Below are positions 12,200 through 25,079 of a stretch of 64,000 bases of DNA, piece by piece. This DNA comes from Pristiophorus japonicus (taxonomy: Eukaryota), in the NCBI RefSeq assembly GCF_044704955.1, contig NC_091997.1, forward strand, positions 64,790,001-64,854,000. The letters are read 5' to 3'. A program made the position numbers and the translations under genes. Each line of letters begins with the position of its first letter. The stretch's first letter is position 1. The notes under the pieces are model-generated. The model worked only from the letters and a program-made list of their open reading frames with translations. It was not told the DNA's origin and ran no database searches.

Positions 12200-12985
12200 T
12201 TTTATTTTATTTATTCATTCATGGACATCGCTGGCATTTATTGCCCCTTTCCAATTGCCTTTCAGAATGTGGTGGTGAGCCACCGAGGTCATTTCAGGGG
12301 CAGTTAAGAGTCAACCACATTGCTGTGGATCTGGAGTCACATATCGGCCAGACCGGGTAAGGGCGTACATAACATAAGAATTAGGAACAGGAGTAGGCCA
12401 ATTAGCCCCTCGAGCCTGCTCCGCCATTCAACAAGATCATGGCTGATCTGGCCGTGGACTCAGCTCCACTTACCCGCCCGCTCCCCTTAACCCTTAATTC
12501 CCTTATTGGTAAAAATCTATCAATCTGTGACTTGAATACATTCAATGAGCTAGCCTCAACTGCTTCCTTGGGCAGAGAATTCCACAGATTCACAACCCTC
12601 TGGGAGAAGAAATTCCTTCTCAACTCGGTTTTAAATTGGCTCCCCCGTATTTTGAGGCTGTGCCCCCTGGTTCTAGTCTCCCCGACCAGTGGAAACAATC
12701 TCTCTGCCTCTATCTTCTCTATCCCTTTCATTATTTTAAATGTTTCTATAAGGGCGGCAGATTTCCCTGCCTAAAGGGGCATCAGTGAACCAGTTGGGTT
12801 TTTATGACAATCCGATAGTTTCATGGTCACCATTACTGACACTGGCTTTTTGTTCCAGATTTATTTAATTACCTGAATTTAAATTCCCCAGCTGCCATGG
12901 TGGGTTTTGAACTTGGGTCTCTGGAGCATTGGTCCAGGCCTCGGGATTACTGGCCCAGTAACATCACCACAGTGCTACCGTCCCC
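12200..12985 (-). mobile_element. tRNA-headed SINE, split by a CR1 insertion
   Basis: Minus-strand head GGGGACGGTAGCACTGTGGTGATG...AGTTCAAAACCCACC; the body resumes after the duplicated TAAGGGCG. Confidence 0.6.
12366..12748 (-). mobile_element. Young 5'-truncated CR1 with target-site duplication TAAGGGCG
   Basis: ORF 12402-12731 is a CR1 C-terminus; TAAGGGCG at 12358-12365 and 12749-12756; nearly identical to the copies at 22165 and 25080. Confidence 0.9.
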
Positions 12986-13040
12986 TAGGAGCTCCTGTGA
13001 GGCGCCTTGGGACATTTTACTACGTTAAAGGCGCTATAAA

Positions 13041-16000
13041 TGTCATGTATCTTACATTATTATATATAACTGTATCCTAACATGCTATACATGACTGTAA
13101 TAAGATATGACCTTTAACCACCAGCATACCTTACCACCAGGGGTGCACTTGCAAGAGACAGGTATATAAGGGCAGGACTCAGGCAAGTGCAGCATTCCAG
13201 AGCTGTGAAATAAAGGTGCAGGTCCAGAGTGACCTTGACTTCACTACATGCCTCGTGTGAGTCTGTACTGAGGGGACAGGACTTTACAGTGGCGACGAGT
13301 TACGGGATTACAGAATCCACAGAATGGCGAACAACGGATCAGATGAAAAGTACAATGCGGGAGACAATTGGGAGGACTTTATAGAAAGGCTCCAGCAAAG
13401 CTTTGTAACCAAAGACTGGCTGGGCGACGATAAGGCAGACAAGAGAAGAGCCCATCTCTTGACCAGCTGTGGCTCGAAAACATACGCTTTAATGAAGGAT
13501 CTGTTGGCACCCGAGAAACCAGCAAGCAAGTCGTTTGAAGAATTGAGCACACTGGTAAGAGACCACCTGAAGCCAGCGAGCAGCCTACACATGGCCAGAC
13601 ACAGGTTCTACAACTACAGACGCTGTGTGGGCCAGAGCATACCCGACTTTGTGGCGGAACTTCGGAGGTTGGCTAGTTTATGTGAGTTCTCCGATGAACT
13701 GAGGAGAGAAATGCTGAGAGACTTTTTCATTGAAGGAATAGGCCACGCAGGCATATTCCGAAAGCTCATAGAGACCAAGAACCTGACCTTAGAGGCAGCA
13801 GCACTGGTTACACAGACATTCTTAGAAGGGGAAGAAGAAACGAGGTTGATTTACAATGCAGGTACGACAACTAACGAAATATTGGAACAAGAAGTTCACA
13901 GCACTAAACAAGCTGCTACCCCCACACACAGACAAAACCGGGAGAACAGGCTCTCGACAGCAGGCAGAAGCCATCAAGGGCCACAGGAACGGCCGTTCAC
14001 ACCTCATCAACCCACAATGCGAGCAATCAACTACAAACTGAGAGAAGCTCAAGAGAGATCAGCCAGACGCAACTCATTCTTTGGGAACACTTTGAACAAT
14101 GGAACAGGTCTGTGCTGGAGGTGTGGGGGTGGGCACTCGGCAAGGGGATGTCGATTTCAGCAGGCTGTTTGCGGAAATTGTGAATATACAGGGCATTTGG
14201 CCCGCATGTGCAAAAAAACAGCAGCTCGGCTGGTATACGAATCAGATGGGTCGGAAAGCGGACCAGAAGATGGTGGGGACAGTATCCGGGACACCGGTGT
14301 AGAGCGGGTCAACACGATCAATGGCCGCTGCTCCTACAACAGGACGCCTCCTATAATGATGAGGGTCCTACTCAACGGGATATCTGTCAACATGGAGCTG
14401 GATACGGGAGCGAGTCAATCTCTCATGGGCGCTCAACAATTTGAACAACTGTGGCCGCATAAAAGAGACAGACCAAAACTCAAAAGAGTCGACACCAAAC
14501 TAAGGACCTATACCAAAGAAATCGTACCAGTCCTCGGCAGCGCCATGCTCTCTGACACACACAAAGGGACAGTGAACCGACTTCCCCTGTGAATTGTCCC
14601 CGGAAACCCCTCGGCATTGCTGGGGAGAAGCTGGCTGGCAAAACTAAACTGGAAATGGGATGATGTCCATGCCATGTCATTAGAGGAACGGACCTCCTGC
14701 TCAACAGTTATAAAGCAATTTGAACATCTCTTTCAGCCAGGTGTGGGCACTTTCAAAGGGGCCAAAGTCAAAATCTACATCACACAGGATGCTAGACCGG
14801 TCCATCACAAGGCCAGAGCTGTACCCTATGTGATGAGGGAAAAGATTGAACACGAACTAGACAGGCTTCTGCGGGAAGGCATTATATCACCTGTGGAATT
14901 TAGCGACTGGGCAAGTCCCATCGTCCCAGTCATGAAGCCTGATGGATCCGTACGAATCTGTGGAGACTGCAAATCTACCATAAACAGAGTCTCCCTACAG
15001 GACCAGTACCCGCTGCCCAGAGCGGAGGACTTATTTGCCACATTGGCTGGAGGTAAACTTTTCTCAAAATTAGACCTCACATCTGCGTATATGACGCAAG
15101 AATTGACCGAGGAATCCAAGCTACTCACCACCATCAACACACATCGAGGCCTTTTCATGTACAATCGATGCCCATTCGGCATCAGGTCAGCAGCTGCCAT
15201 ATTCCAGCGCAACATGGAGAGTCTGCTCAAGTCCATCCTGGGGACGGTTGTATTTCAAGACGACATACTTATCACGGGCAGGGACACCGACTCCCATCTC
15301 CGTAATTTGGAGGAAGTACTAAAGCGGTTGGATCGGGTAGGCCCACGAGTCAAGAAATCCAAGTGCCTGTTTCTCGCACCCGAGGTTGAATTTTTGGGCA
15401 GAAGGATTGCCGCTGATGGAATCCGCCCAACAGAGTCCAAAACAGAAGCAATTCGCCTGGCACCCAGGCCCGGAATGTCTCAGAACTGCGCGCCTTTCTC
15501 GGGCTACTCAATTACTTTGGGAACTTTATGCAGAACTTAAGCATGCTGCCGGAGCCTCTCCGCGTGCTACTCAGGAAGGGGTGCGATTGGTTTTGGGGGG
15601 ATGCCCAGGAACGCGCCTTCAATAAGGCACGCAACCTTCTGTGTTCCAACAGTGTTTTGACTTTCTTTGACCCAGGTAAAAAGCTAGTTCTCACATGCGA
15701 TGCGTCAGCGTATGGGGTCGGGTGCGTTTTGCAACATGTCAATAGTGCGGGCAAATTACAACCCATAGCTTATGCCTCCAGGTCACTTTCGCGGGCGGAG
15801 CGTGGGTACGGAATGGTAGAGAAGGAGGCGCTCGCGTGCGTGTACGGTGTCAAAAAGATGCACCAATACCTTTTCGGGGCCAAGTTCACGTTAGAAACCG
15901 ACCACAAACCCCTCACGTCCCTCCTATCCGAGAGCAAGGCAATAAACGCCAACGCCTTGACGCGAATTCAACAGTGGGCACTTATGCTGGCGTCCTACGA

Positions 16001-17787
16001 CTGTACCATAAGGCACAGACCAGGCACAGACAACTGTGCCGACGCGCTCAGCAGGCTACCCCTGGTGACCACGGAAGGATCTGATGAACACGATTGTGAG
16101 ATAGTCATGGCAAACAATGCCTTTGAGTCCACAGGTTCGCCCATGACAGCTCGCCAAATCAGAACCTGGAAGGCCAGCGACCCCACGTTATCCTTTGTAA
16201 AAAGATGTGTCCTAACCGGTGACTGGGCAGAGGCTCGCAATGCCTGCCCCGAGGAATTTTAACCCTTCCACAGGCGCATGCATGAGCTATCACTACAAGC
16301 AGACTGCCTGATGTGGGGCAGCTGAGTAGTCATGCCTCTGCGAGGCAGAGAGGCATTTGTCCGGGAGCTCCACCGCGAGCACCCGGGGATCGTTCTCATG
16401 AAGGCCATAGCCAGATCCCACGTCTGGTGGCCTGGTATTGATGCAGACTTGGAGCTCTGCATCTGAAGGTGCACCATTTGTGCCCAACTCAGCAATGCCC
16501 CCAGGGAGGCTCCACTGAGCCCCTCGCCCTGGCCTACCAAACCGTGGTCGCGGGTGCACGTAGACTATGCGGGCCCATTCATGGGCAAAATGTTCTTCAT
16601 AGTTGTAGATGCATTTTCAAAGTGGATCGAATGCACCATTTTAAACTCGAGCACAACCTCCACCACTGTGGAGAGCCTCGCAACCATGTTTGCAAGCACG
16701 GAATCCCTGACATATTAGTCAGTGACAATGGTCCGTACTTCACCAGCGCAGAATTCCAAGACTTTATAATTGACCACGGCATAAATCACGTCAAGACGGC
16801 ACCGTTCAAGCCGGCCTCCAACGGCCAGGTGGAGAGAGCAGTGCAAATCATTAAACAAGGCATGCTTAAAATCCAAGGTCCCACGCTGCAGGGTCGCCTG
16901 TCGCGACTGCTGCTGGCATACAGATCTCGTCCGCACTCACTGACTGGGATCCCCCCCGCGCAACTGTTGATGAAAAGGACTTTAAAAACAAGGCTCTCAT
17001 TAATCCTCCCAGACATGCACGAAATCGTTGAGGCAAAGCGCTGTAAGCTGACTGAGTACCATGACAGAAATTCGAGGGGGAGATGGAATGAAATAGGGGA
17101 CAAAGTGTTTGTAATAAACTATGGCAGGGGTCCCAAATGGCTTGCAGGGACAGTAACGGGCAAGGAAGGAAACAGGCTACTGGTAGTACAAATGGACAAT
17201 GGCAAAACCTGCCGGAGACATGTAGACCAAGTCAAAATCAGATTTACCAACAGCACTGCGGAACCAGAGGCAGACTACAATGTGGAACTCGCACCACACC
17301 TGGTGGACAGACAGAGGGAACAACCTGAGGAAAGGGCAATCCCAACAGACAGCCCAGACGAGTCAACAACAATCACACCAATCGAAACAGACAGTCCAGG
17401 CGAGATACCAGCAACCACACCCAAAGAAAAACAGACACCAAGGCAAACAACTGAACCACAACTCAGACGCTCCACGCGAGAGCGTAGACCACCTGAGAGA
17501 CTGAACCTATAAAGACAATAAGACCTTGGGGGAGGGTGATGTCATGTATCTTACATTATTATATATAACTGTATCCTAACATCCTATACATGACTGTAAT
17601 AAGATATGACCTGTAACCACCAGCATACCTTACCACCAGGGGTGCACTTGCAAGAGACAGGTATATAAAGACAGGTCTCAGGCAAGTGCAGCATTCCAGA
17701 GCTGTGAAATAAAGGTGCAGGTCCAGAGTGACCTTGACTTCACGACATGCCTCGTGTGAATCTGTACTGAGGGGACAGGACTTTACA
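13041..17787 (+). mobile_element. Full-length Gypsy/Ty3 (Mag-like) LTR retrotransposon, decayed
   Basis: 248-bp LTRs TG...CA at 13041-13288 and 17540-17787 (7 differences by eye); PBS TGGCGACGAG complementary to the tRNA-Ser 3' end; PPT TTGGGGGAGGGTGA; 5-bp TSD ATAAA/ATATA. Confidence 0.96.
13324..17512 (+). pseudogene. Gypsy gag-pol (Gag with two CCHC knuckles, protease, RT, RNase H, integrase), broken by stops and frameshifts
   Basis: CWRCGGGHSARGC and CGNCEYTGHLARMC; LDTGAS; LDLTSAY..FQDDILI; LTCDASAYG..TDHKPL; VSDNGP..SNGQVER, across ORFs 13324-14592, 14617-15540, 15528-16262 and 16469-17512. Confidence 0.95.
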
Positions 17788-18009
17788 ATATAAATACAAG
17801 TTGTTGTTGCCACTGATGTTGGTTTCCCTTTCCCACAGATTTACCTCCGACTGTGCTCCAACCATCGGGAGTTTAAGGACATAAACTGGGGAAAGAATGA
17901 GCCTTTTCTTATCCACAGTGTCTGCGCCTCATTAACTCGGAACAACCCCCATTATCCAGCTCTGCCTACGGGCAAAATAAACAACAGCTTGCTCTCATTA
18001 ACACGTGCT

Positions 18010-18131
18010 TTCCTCAGAGGGTGGTAAATCTGTGGAACTCTCTGCCCCAGAGGGCTGTGGAGGCTCAGTCATTGATTATATTCAAGGCTGAGATCGATAG
18101 ATTTTTGGACACTCAGGGAATCAAGGGATAT
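18010..18131 (+). mobile_element. CR1 3' fragment (left part), host of the Harbinger insertion; continues at 26576-26606 and 26873-26955
   Basis: CAGAGGGTGGTAAATCTGTGGAACTCTCTGCCC...AAGGGATAT resumes as GATCAGGCGGGAAAGTGGAGTTGAGGTC...GAAGATCAGCCATG. Confidence 0.8.
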
Positions 18132-18857
18132 GGGGCTCAATTTCCCCAGTGATTCGCAGCGTTTTTTTGGCGCACGCCACTTTTTTGGTCTAAATTTTAA
18201 AATCCAAGTGTCCCCAAAGATTGTGCACAACGTAAACTTTTTTGTTTTTTATTTGGCGTCATAAGCTGATGTCTGCGCCAGTTTTTCACAATTATGCAAG
18301 TTTGGCCACCTTACATTTCTCCGAGGACAGTGTATGTGACATCTCCCAGAAAACCTTCTGGGCACTTAAGAAAAACCAGCACACATCAAAAAATCGGCGC
18401 AGAAAGACACCGTTGTTTTTAAGTGAAGTTTTGGAGGGAGTCAAGAACATATTAAATATGCACCATGAAGCTTAATTTTTTCAAACTTAAAACACAGAAA
18501 ACGGAAGTTTAATGCAATTCTTTACTTTGGATTTTTTTCAAAGTGCCACGCCAGCGGCGAATGTCTCCAAACCGGACTCGAGGGTCAGAGCGTGGGCCGG
18601 GAGAATCGGTCCCTCGCTCGGACACAGGGGCTCGGCTTCAAAAGAAGCCCGGGGGAGGTGAGGAGCTGTGTGGAATCCTCACACTATGCAACAGGAGCAT
18701 CGAATGAAGTCCAGTGCGGGGGTTCCCGTTCGAAGCAAGCCGATTGCATATGCTCAGACCTGGGTATGGTCCATACGAAGGCGTCGACCTTGGGGAGAGA
18801 GACAACAAAGAAACTCGTCCTGCTGTTTTGAGCTTCTTGCAAAGGTACAATTTAATC

Positions 18858-20060
18858 ATGGGGGCAATACTGACAATACCATACCTTGCAGGCCTTCTGC
18901 ATGATGGTGCTATGGAGGAGACAATCGATTCGCCGTCATCGCATGAGGAACCCCAGAGCCCATAGGGTGATGGGCAGGAGGCCTTACCCACGGCGGGTAT
19001 ATCCAGACAGGCGTTCGTACCTGCACCTGAGTGATGCAGACCTTTTCAGAAGGCTGCGTTTCCGCAAAGAAGTTGTAACTGAGATCTGTGAGTTAGTAAA
19101 AGCAGACCTGCAACCTAGAAGCGTCAGGAGGACTGCTTTGTCAGTTTGTGAAGGTTACAGCTGCACTTTCATTCTATGCATCTGGATCGTTCCAAGCTAC
19201 AACTGGGGATGTGTGCGCCATTTCTCAACATGCAACACATGTCTCCATTCGCCAGGTGACTGCTGCACTATATGCCCGGAGGAATGACTATATAAAGTTC
19301 CCCATGATCGCCCAGGCAATGCGTGACAGGGCTGTGGGCTTCTCAGGATTGCTGGCTTCTCAAAGTTAAATGGCTGCATTGATTGACCCACATCGCCTTG
19401 CGAGCACCTTTGGAGGATTCCGAGATGTACAGGAACAGAAAAGGCTTCCACTCCATTAATGTGCAGCTCGGGTGTGATGACATGCATCGCATCATGTCAG
19501 TTGATGCGAGATATCCTGGGAGCACCCATGATGCATTCATCCTACGCGACAGCGTTATATGTGCCATATTTCAGCAGCAGCCAGAAGGGCAGAGCTGGCT
19601 ACTGGGAGACAAAGGGCACGGCCTCGCCACCTGGCTCGTGACGCCCCTACGTGTAACCCGGACAGAAGCTGACCAGGAATACAACATGTCGCACATTGCG
19701 ACGCACAGCATAATAGAGAGGACCATTGGCATCTTGAAGCAGCGTTTCCGATGCCGGGACCATTCCGGAGGCTGCTTGCAATACACCCCTGAGATTGTCG
19801 GTAAGTTCACTATTGTGTGCTGCATGCTGCATAACTTAGCCATCATGAGGCAGCAGCAGCTGGTAGTAGAAGACCCACCTGAGGTGAGAGTGGTTGATGA
19901 TGAGGAGGAAGGTGCAGATGACGAGGAGGAGGAGGACGAGGAAGCCATGCAACTACCTGAACCCGGAGCACATCGGCGGAGGAGGGTGGGCCGTCGAGCC
20001 CCTTTAACAATTGCTCGAGCCTTGTGCCAGCAGCTCATCAGTGAATGCTTTGCTGCCTGA
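18858..20060 (+). pseudogene. Harbinger DDE transposase (HARBI1-like family), frameshifted
   Basis: RLRFRKEVVTEICELV; KVTAALSFYASGSFQ; GCID-TH; RNRKGFHSINVQL; PGSTHDAFIL; LLGDKG; IIERTIGILKQRF; CCMLHN; acidic tail. Confidence 0.92.
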
Positions 20061-21829
20061 AGGCTCAGCGGCAACTATTCCACATGGACCATGTGTACTG
20101 TTTGGACCTGTTCCGTAAAGTTGTGTTGTGTTAATGGAGCAAATAATGGAAATGATTCTTGTTTACTTCAAAAAGTTGTGTGAATAATGGAACAAATAAT
20201 GGAAATGATTCAGTTATAATTTAAAATATATTTTATTCAAAAATTTAACAAACACTTGTTTGTATTTAACTTTAATAAAAATATTCTTGTATCAAACATT
20301 TAAGTTTTCAGTTACGAGCACTTACAAACTTTCAGATCACTTACAAACTCTAAGATCACTTAAAAACTTTCAGATCACTTACAAACTTTTAAACTTGTAA
20401 ATTTACATAACTTACAAAAAACTATTAATTTGAGAACAGTTACAATAGTAACAACAATAACAATAACAACAGCAGCAGCAGCAGGAAAGAAAGGCTGCAC
20501 CCATCTCTCCTCCAACTTATTAAGACTGCCCGCTGCGCTTGGTCTTGGTGACTCCACCCCTGCCCGCAGGCGGTGGCACAACCTTTCTCGGGTTGGTACC
20601 AAGCTTATTCTTTCAAATACCTCGGGTAATGTGTACTTCTTGATGGGGGGGGCGGGTGGCAGGCGGCAATGTGGAAGGCCCGGCCTGGGCCTCTTCAGAG
20701 GCTGATCTGGGGATTGGAGTGGCAGTTGATTCTGTCAATGGGCGCGGGGGTCTGGCTGTGTTCCCTTATTGCAGCAGTTACCTCCGACATTCCCTTCCTC
20801 ATGAGCAACGACATGGTTTCTGCTGCCTGCAACATTCCCTCCCTCGTGTTCCCGGACAGCGTTCCCATTTCTTGTGAGAGTGTTGTTACTTCTCCGACAG
20901 TCCCGAAACCTCATCACCCACCCCACTGATGGTGCCCAGGAGTGACCATGTCGGTCAATGCTCTCATTGTCATCATCTGAACAACATCTATTAGATCCTG
21001 CACCTCAGGAGAGCGCTGTCGAGCTCTCCTTCCCCTCCTCACCCTGGGTGTGGCTCGCAGCATCCCAGTGAGACCCGTAGCCTGGGACGGTGGGGCCCTG
21101 GGTGTGCCTCGCTGCAGCCCACTGGAATCCCCAGCCTCGGATGGTGGGAAACCATGGTATGTCCCACCAACACTCAAACCACTACTCAGGGAAGGGGCTA
21201 GCACCTCAATGGGCGGCACCTGCACCTCCTCCAGAGTGAGTACAACAGTGGGGACTTCATCCATCCCCTCCCCCTCACCCCCATGCTCTTGGTCTGGAAG
21301 GTAAGATTGGAAGATGTTTCCCTCTTCAGGCTCGTCCTCGTCTGAATCTCCTTCTGCATTTCAGGGTTGGCCTCAAGTTCTGCAAAATATAACAGAACAG
21401 ACAAATGGTTAGCAGCAGAGGAGGGGGCAGGGTGGGTAGGCTCACACAGCGCAGGCAGCAGGCTGGTTTGAAGGACCATGATGAATGATAGCGCATTGCA
21501 TCAACCAAAGCGTAGCTAAGGGAGATATCCCCATGAACCGAAGCATGGCTAGCCCGCGCAGTATTTCACATTTAGCAAAGCCAGGCAGTGGAGTTTGCAG
21601 GACTTACCCTCTCCCTCGAGTGTGGGCCCAGCTTGTGCAGTGGTGGTTGCTTTTCTCCAGGCAAGACCCATCAAAGCAGCGACCCTCTCTTCCACAGGTG
21701 TCACTGGGTGCAGATTTGCTGGGCCTCCTCCTGTTCGAGTTCTTTCCCTTTTGTTGTGTGCCACTTTCCACTGCAAAGATGAAAATATAACTTTTTAGAG
21801 AGTGTCTTTCTGCTGGGTGGGACATATAA

Positions 21830-22160
21830 AAACATAGAAACATCGAAACTAGGTGCAGGAGTAGGCCATTCGGCCCTTCGAGCCTGCACCACCATTCGAT
21901 GAGTTCATGGCTGAACATGCAACTTCAGTACCCCATTCCTGCTTTCTCGCCATACCCCTTGATCCCCCGAGTAGTAAGGACTACATCCAACTCCTTTCTG
22001 AATACATTTAGTGAACTGACCTCAGCAAACCTCCGTGGTAGAGAATTCCACAGGTCCACCACTCCCTGGGTGAAGAAGCCTCCCCCATCTCGGTCCCAAA
22101 CAGCCCACCCCCCCATCCCTGGACCGTGAACCCCGGTTCTGGACTTCCCCAACATTAATA
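21830..22160 (-). mobile_element. CR1 3' fragment with clustered A-to-G changes
   Basis: ORF 21925-22167 ends GIKGYGEKAGMGY, like the copy at 58604-59173; tail (AAACATAG)n. Confidence 0.88.
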
Positions 22161-22164
22161 ACAA

Positions 22165-25075
22165 CATAAGAACATAAGAACATAAGAATTAAGAACAGGA
22201 GTAGGCCATCTAGCCCCTCGAGCCTGCTCCGCCATTCAACAAGATCATGGCTGATCTGGCCGTGGACTCAGCTCCACTTACCCGCCCGCTCCCCGTAACC
22301 CTTAATTCCCTTATTGGTTAAAAATCTATCTATCTGTGATTTAAATATATTCAATGAGCTAGCCTCAACTGCTTCCTTGGGCAGAGAATTCCACAGATTC
22401 ACAACCCTCTGGGAGAAGAAATTCCTTCTCAACTCGGTTTTAAATTGGCTCCCCCGTATTTTGAGGCTGTGCCCCCTAGTTCTATTCTCCCCGACCAGTG
22501 GAAACAACCTCTCTGCCTCTATCTTGTCTATCCCTTTCATTATTTTAAATGTTTCCATAAGATCACGCCTCATCCTTCTGAACTCCAACGAGTAAAGACC
22601 CAGTCTACTCAATCTATCATCATAAGGTAACCCCCTCATCTCCGGAATCAGCCTAGTGAATCGTCTCTGTACCCCCTCCAAAGCCAGTATATCCTTCCTT
22701 AAGTAAGGTGACCAAAACTGCACGCAGTACTCCAGGTGCGACCTCACCAATACCCTGTACAGTTGCAGCAGGACCTCCCTGCTTTTGTACTACACTCTGT
22801 CCCCTCTTCCAGGTCATCTATGTATATTGTAAACAGTTGTGGTCCCAGCTCCGATCCCTGTGGCACACCACTAACCACCAATTTCCAACCCAAAAAGGAT
22901 CCATTTATCCCGACTCTCTGCTTTCTGTTCGCCAGCCAATTCTCTATCCATGCTAATATATTTCCTCTGACTCCGCGTACCTTTATCTTCTGCAGTAACC
23001 TTTTGTCTGGCACCTTATCGAATGCCTTTTGGAAATCTAAATACACCACATCCATCGGTACACCTCTATCCACCATGTTCGTTATATCCTCAAAGAATTC
23101 CAGTAAATTAGTTAAACATGATTTCCCCTTCATGAATCCATGTTGCGTCTGCTTGATTGCACTATTCCTATATAGATGTCCCACTATTTCTTCCTTAATG
23201 ATAGCTTCAAGCATTTTCCCCACTACAGATGTTAAACTAACCGGCCTATAGTTACCTGCCTTTTGTCTGCCCCATTTTTTAAACAGAGGCGTTACATTAG
23301 CTGCTTTCCAATCCACTGGTAGCTCCCCAGAGTCCAGAGAATTTTGGTAGATTATAACAAATGCATCTGCTATAACTTCCGCCATCTCTTTTAATACCCT
23401 AGGATGCATTTCATCCGGACCAGGGGACTTGTCTACCTTGAGTCCCATTAGCCTGTCCAGCACTACCCCCCTAGTGATAGTGATTGTCTCAAGGTCCTCC
23501 ATTCCCATATTCCTGTGACCAGTCATTTTTGGCATGGTTTCTGTGTCTTCCACTGTGAAGACCGAAGCAAAATAATTGTTTAAGGTCTCAGCCGTTTCCA
23601 CATTTCCCATTATTAAATCCCCCTTCTCATCTTCTAAGGGACCAACATTTACTTTAGTCACTCTTTTCCGTTTTATATATCGCTAAAAGCTTTTACTATC
23701 TGTTTTTATGTTTTGCGCAAGTTTACATTCGTAATCTATCTTCCTCTTCTTTATTGCTTTCTTAGTCATTCTTTGCTGTCGTTTAAAATTTTCCCAATCT
23801 TCTAGATTCCCACTAACCTTGGCCACCTTATAGGCATTGGTTTTAATTTGATACTCTCCTTTATTTCTTTGGTTATCCACGGCTGGTTATCCCTTCTCTT
23901 ACCACCCTTCTTTTTCACTGGAATATATTTTTATTGAGCACTATGAAAGAGCTCCTTAAAAGTCCTCCACTGTTCCTCAATTGTGCCACTGTTTAGTCTG
24001 TGTTCCCAGTCTACTTTAGCCAACTCTGCCCTCATCCCACTGTAGTCCCCTTTGTTTAAGCATAATACGCTCGTTTGAGACACTACTTCCTCACCCTCAA
24101 TCTGTATTACAAATTCAACCATACTGTGATCACTCATTCCGAGAGGATCTTTTACTAGGAGATCATTTATTATTCCTGTCTCATTACACAGGACCAGATC
24201 TAAGATCGCTTGCTCCCTTGTAGGTTATGAAACATACTGTTCTAAGAAACAATCCCGTATGCATTCTATGAATTCCTCCTCAAGGCTACCCCGTGCGATT
24301 TGATTTGACCAATCGATATGTAGGTTAAAATCCCCCATGATTACTGCCGTTCCTGTTTCACAAGCCTCCATTATTCCCTTGATTATTGCCCGCCCCACCG
24401 TGAAGTTATTATTTGGGGGCCTATAAACTACGCCCATCAGTGACTTTTTCCCCTTTCTATCTCTAATCTCCACCCACAATGATTCAACATTTTGTTCATT
24501 AGAGCCAATATCGTCTCTCACAACTGCCCTGATATCATCCTTTATTAACAGAGCTACCCCACCTCCTTTCCCTTCTTGTCTATCTTTCCGAATTGTCAGA
24601 TACCCCTGTATGTTTAATTTCCAGTCTTGGCCACCCTGCAACCACGTTTCTGTAATGGCCACCAAATCATACCCATTTGTAATGATTTGTGCCGTCAACT
24701 CATTTACTGTATTTCGAATACTGCGTGCATTTAGGTAGAGTGTTTTAATACTAGTTTTTAAACCATGATTTTTAGTTTTGACCCCTCCTGCAGCCCCTTT
24801 ATATTCATACATATTGTCCCTTCCTATCACCTTGTGGTTTACACTTACCACAGTGCTACTTTGCTCTGTTGCCTCCTGCCTTTTGCATTCTTTCTTGGGG
24901 TTCTGTTCATCTGAACTCTCACCCACTCTAACTAGCTCAGAGCCCTCTCCTGGGTTCCCATCCCCCTGCCAAGCTAGTTTAAAGCCCTCCCAACCGTACT
25001 ATCAAAACCACCCGCAAGAACATTGGTCCCGTCTCTGTTGAGGTGTAACCTGTCTGACAGAAGCGGTCCCAATTG
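22165..25075 (-). mobile_element. Long CR1 LINE (end of ORF1, APE endonuclease, RT, 3' UTR) with an internal deletion near 22780
   Basis: YLNARSI..DLVAITETW..GGGVAL..GVVYRPP..MGDFN (24225-24926); [30 protein letters not shown] (22744-23661); C-terminus 22268-22750; tail (AACATAAG)n. Confidence 0.93.
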
Positions 25076-25079
25076 TTCA

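Noticed and set aside
18858-20060. Domesticated host HARBI1 gene (and NAIF1 for the Myb ORF)
   Set aside because: Frameshifted, bounded by TIRs and inserted in a CR1, so it is a transposon copy.
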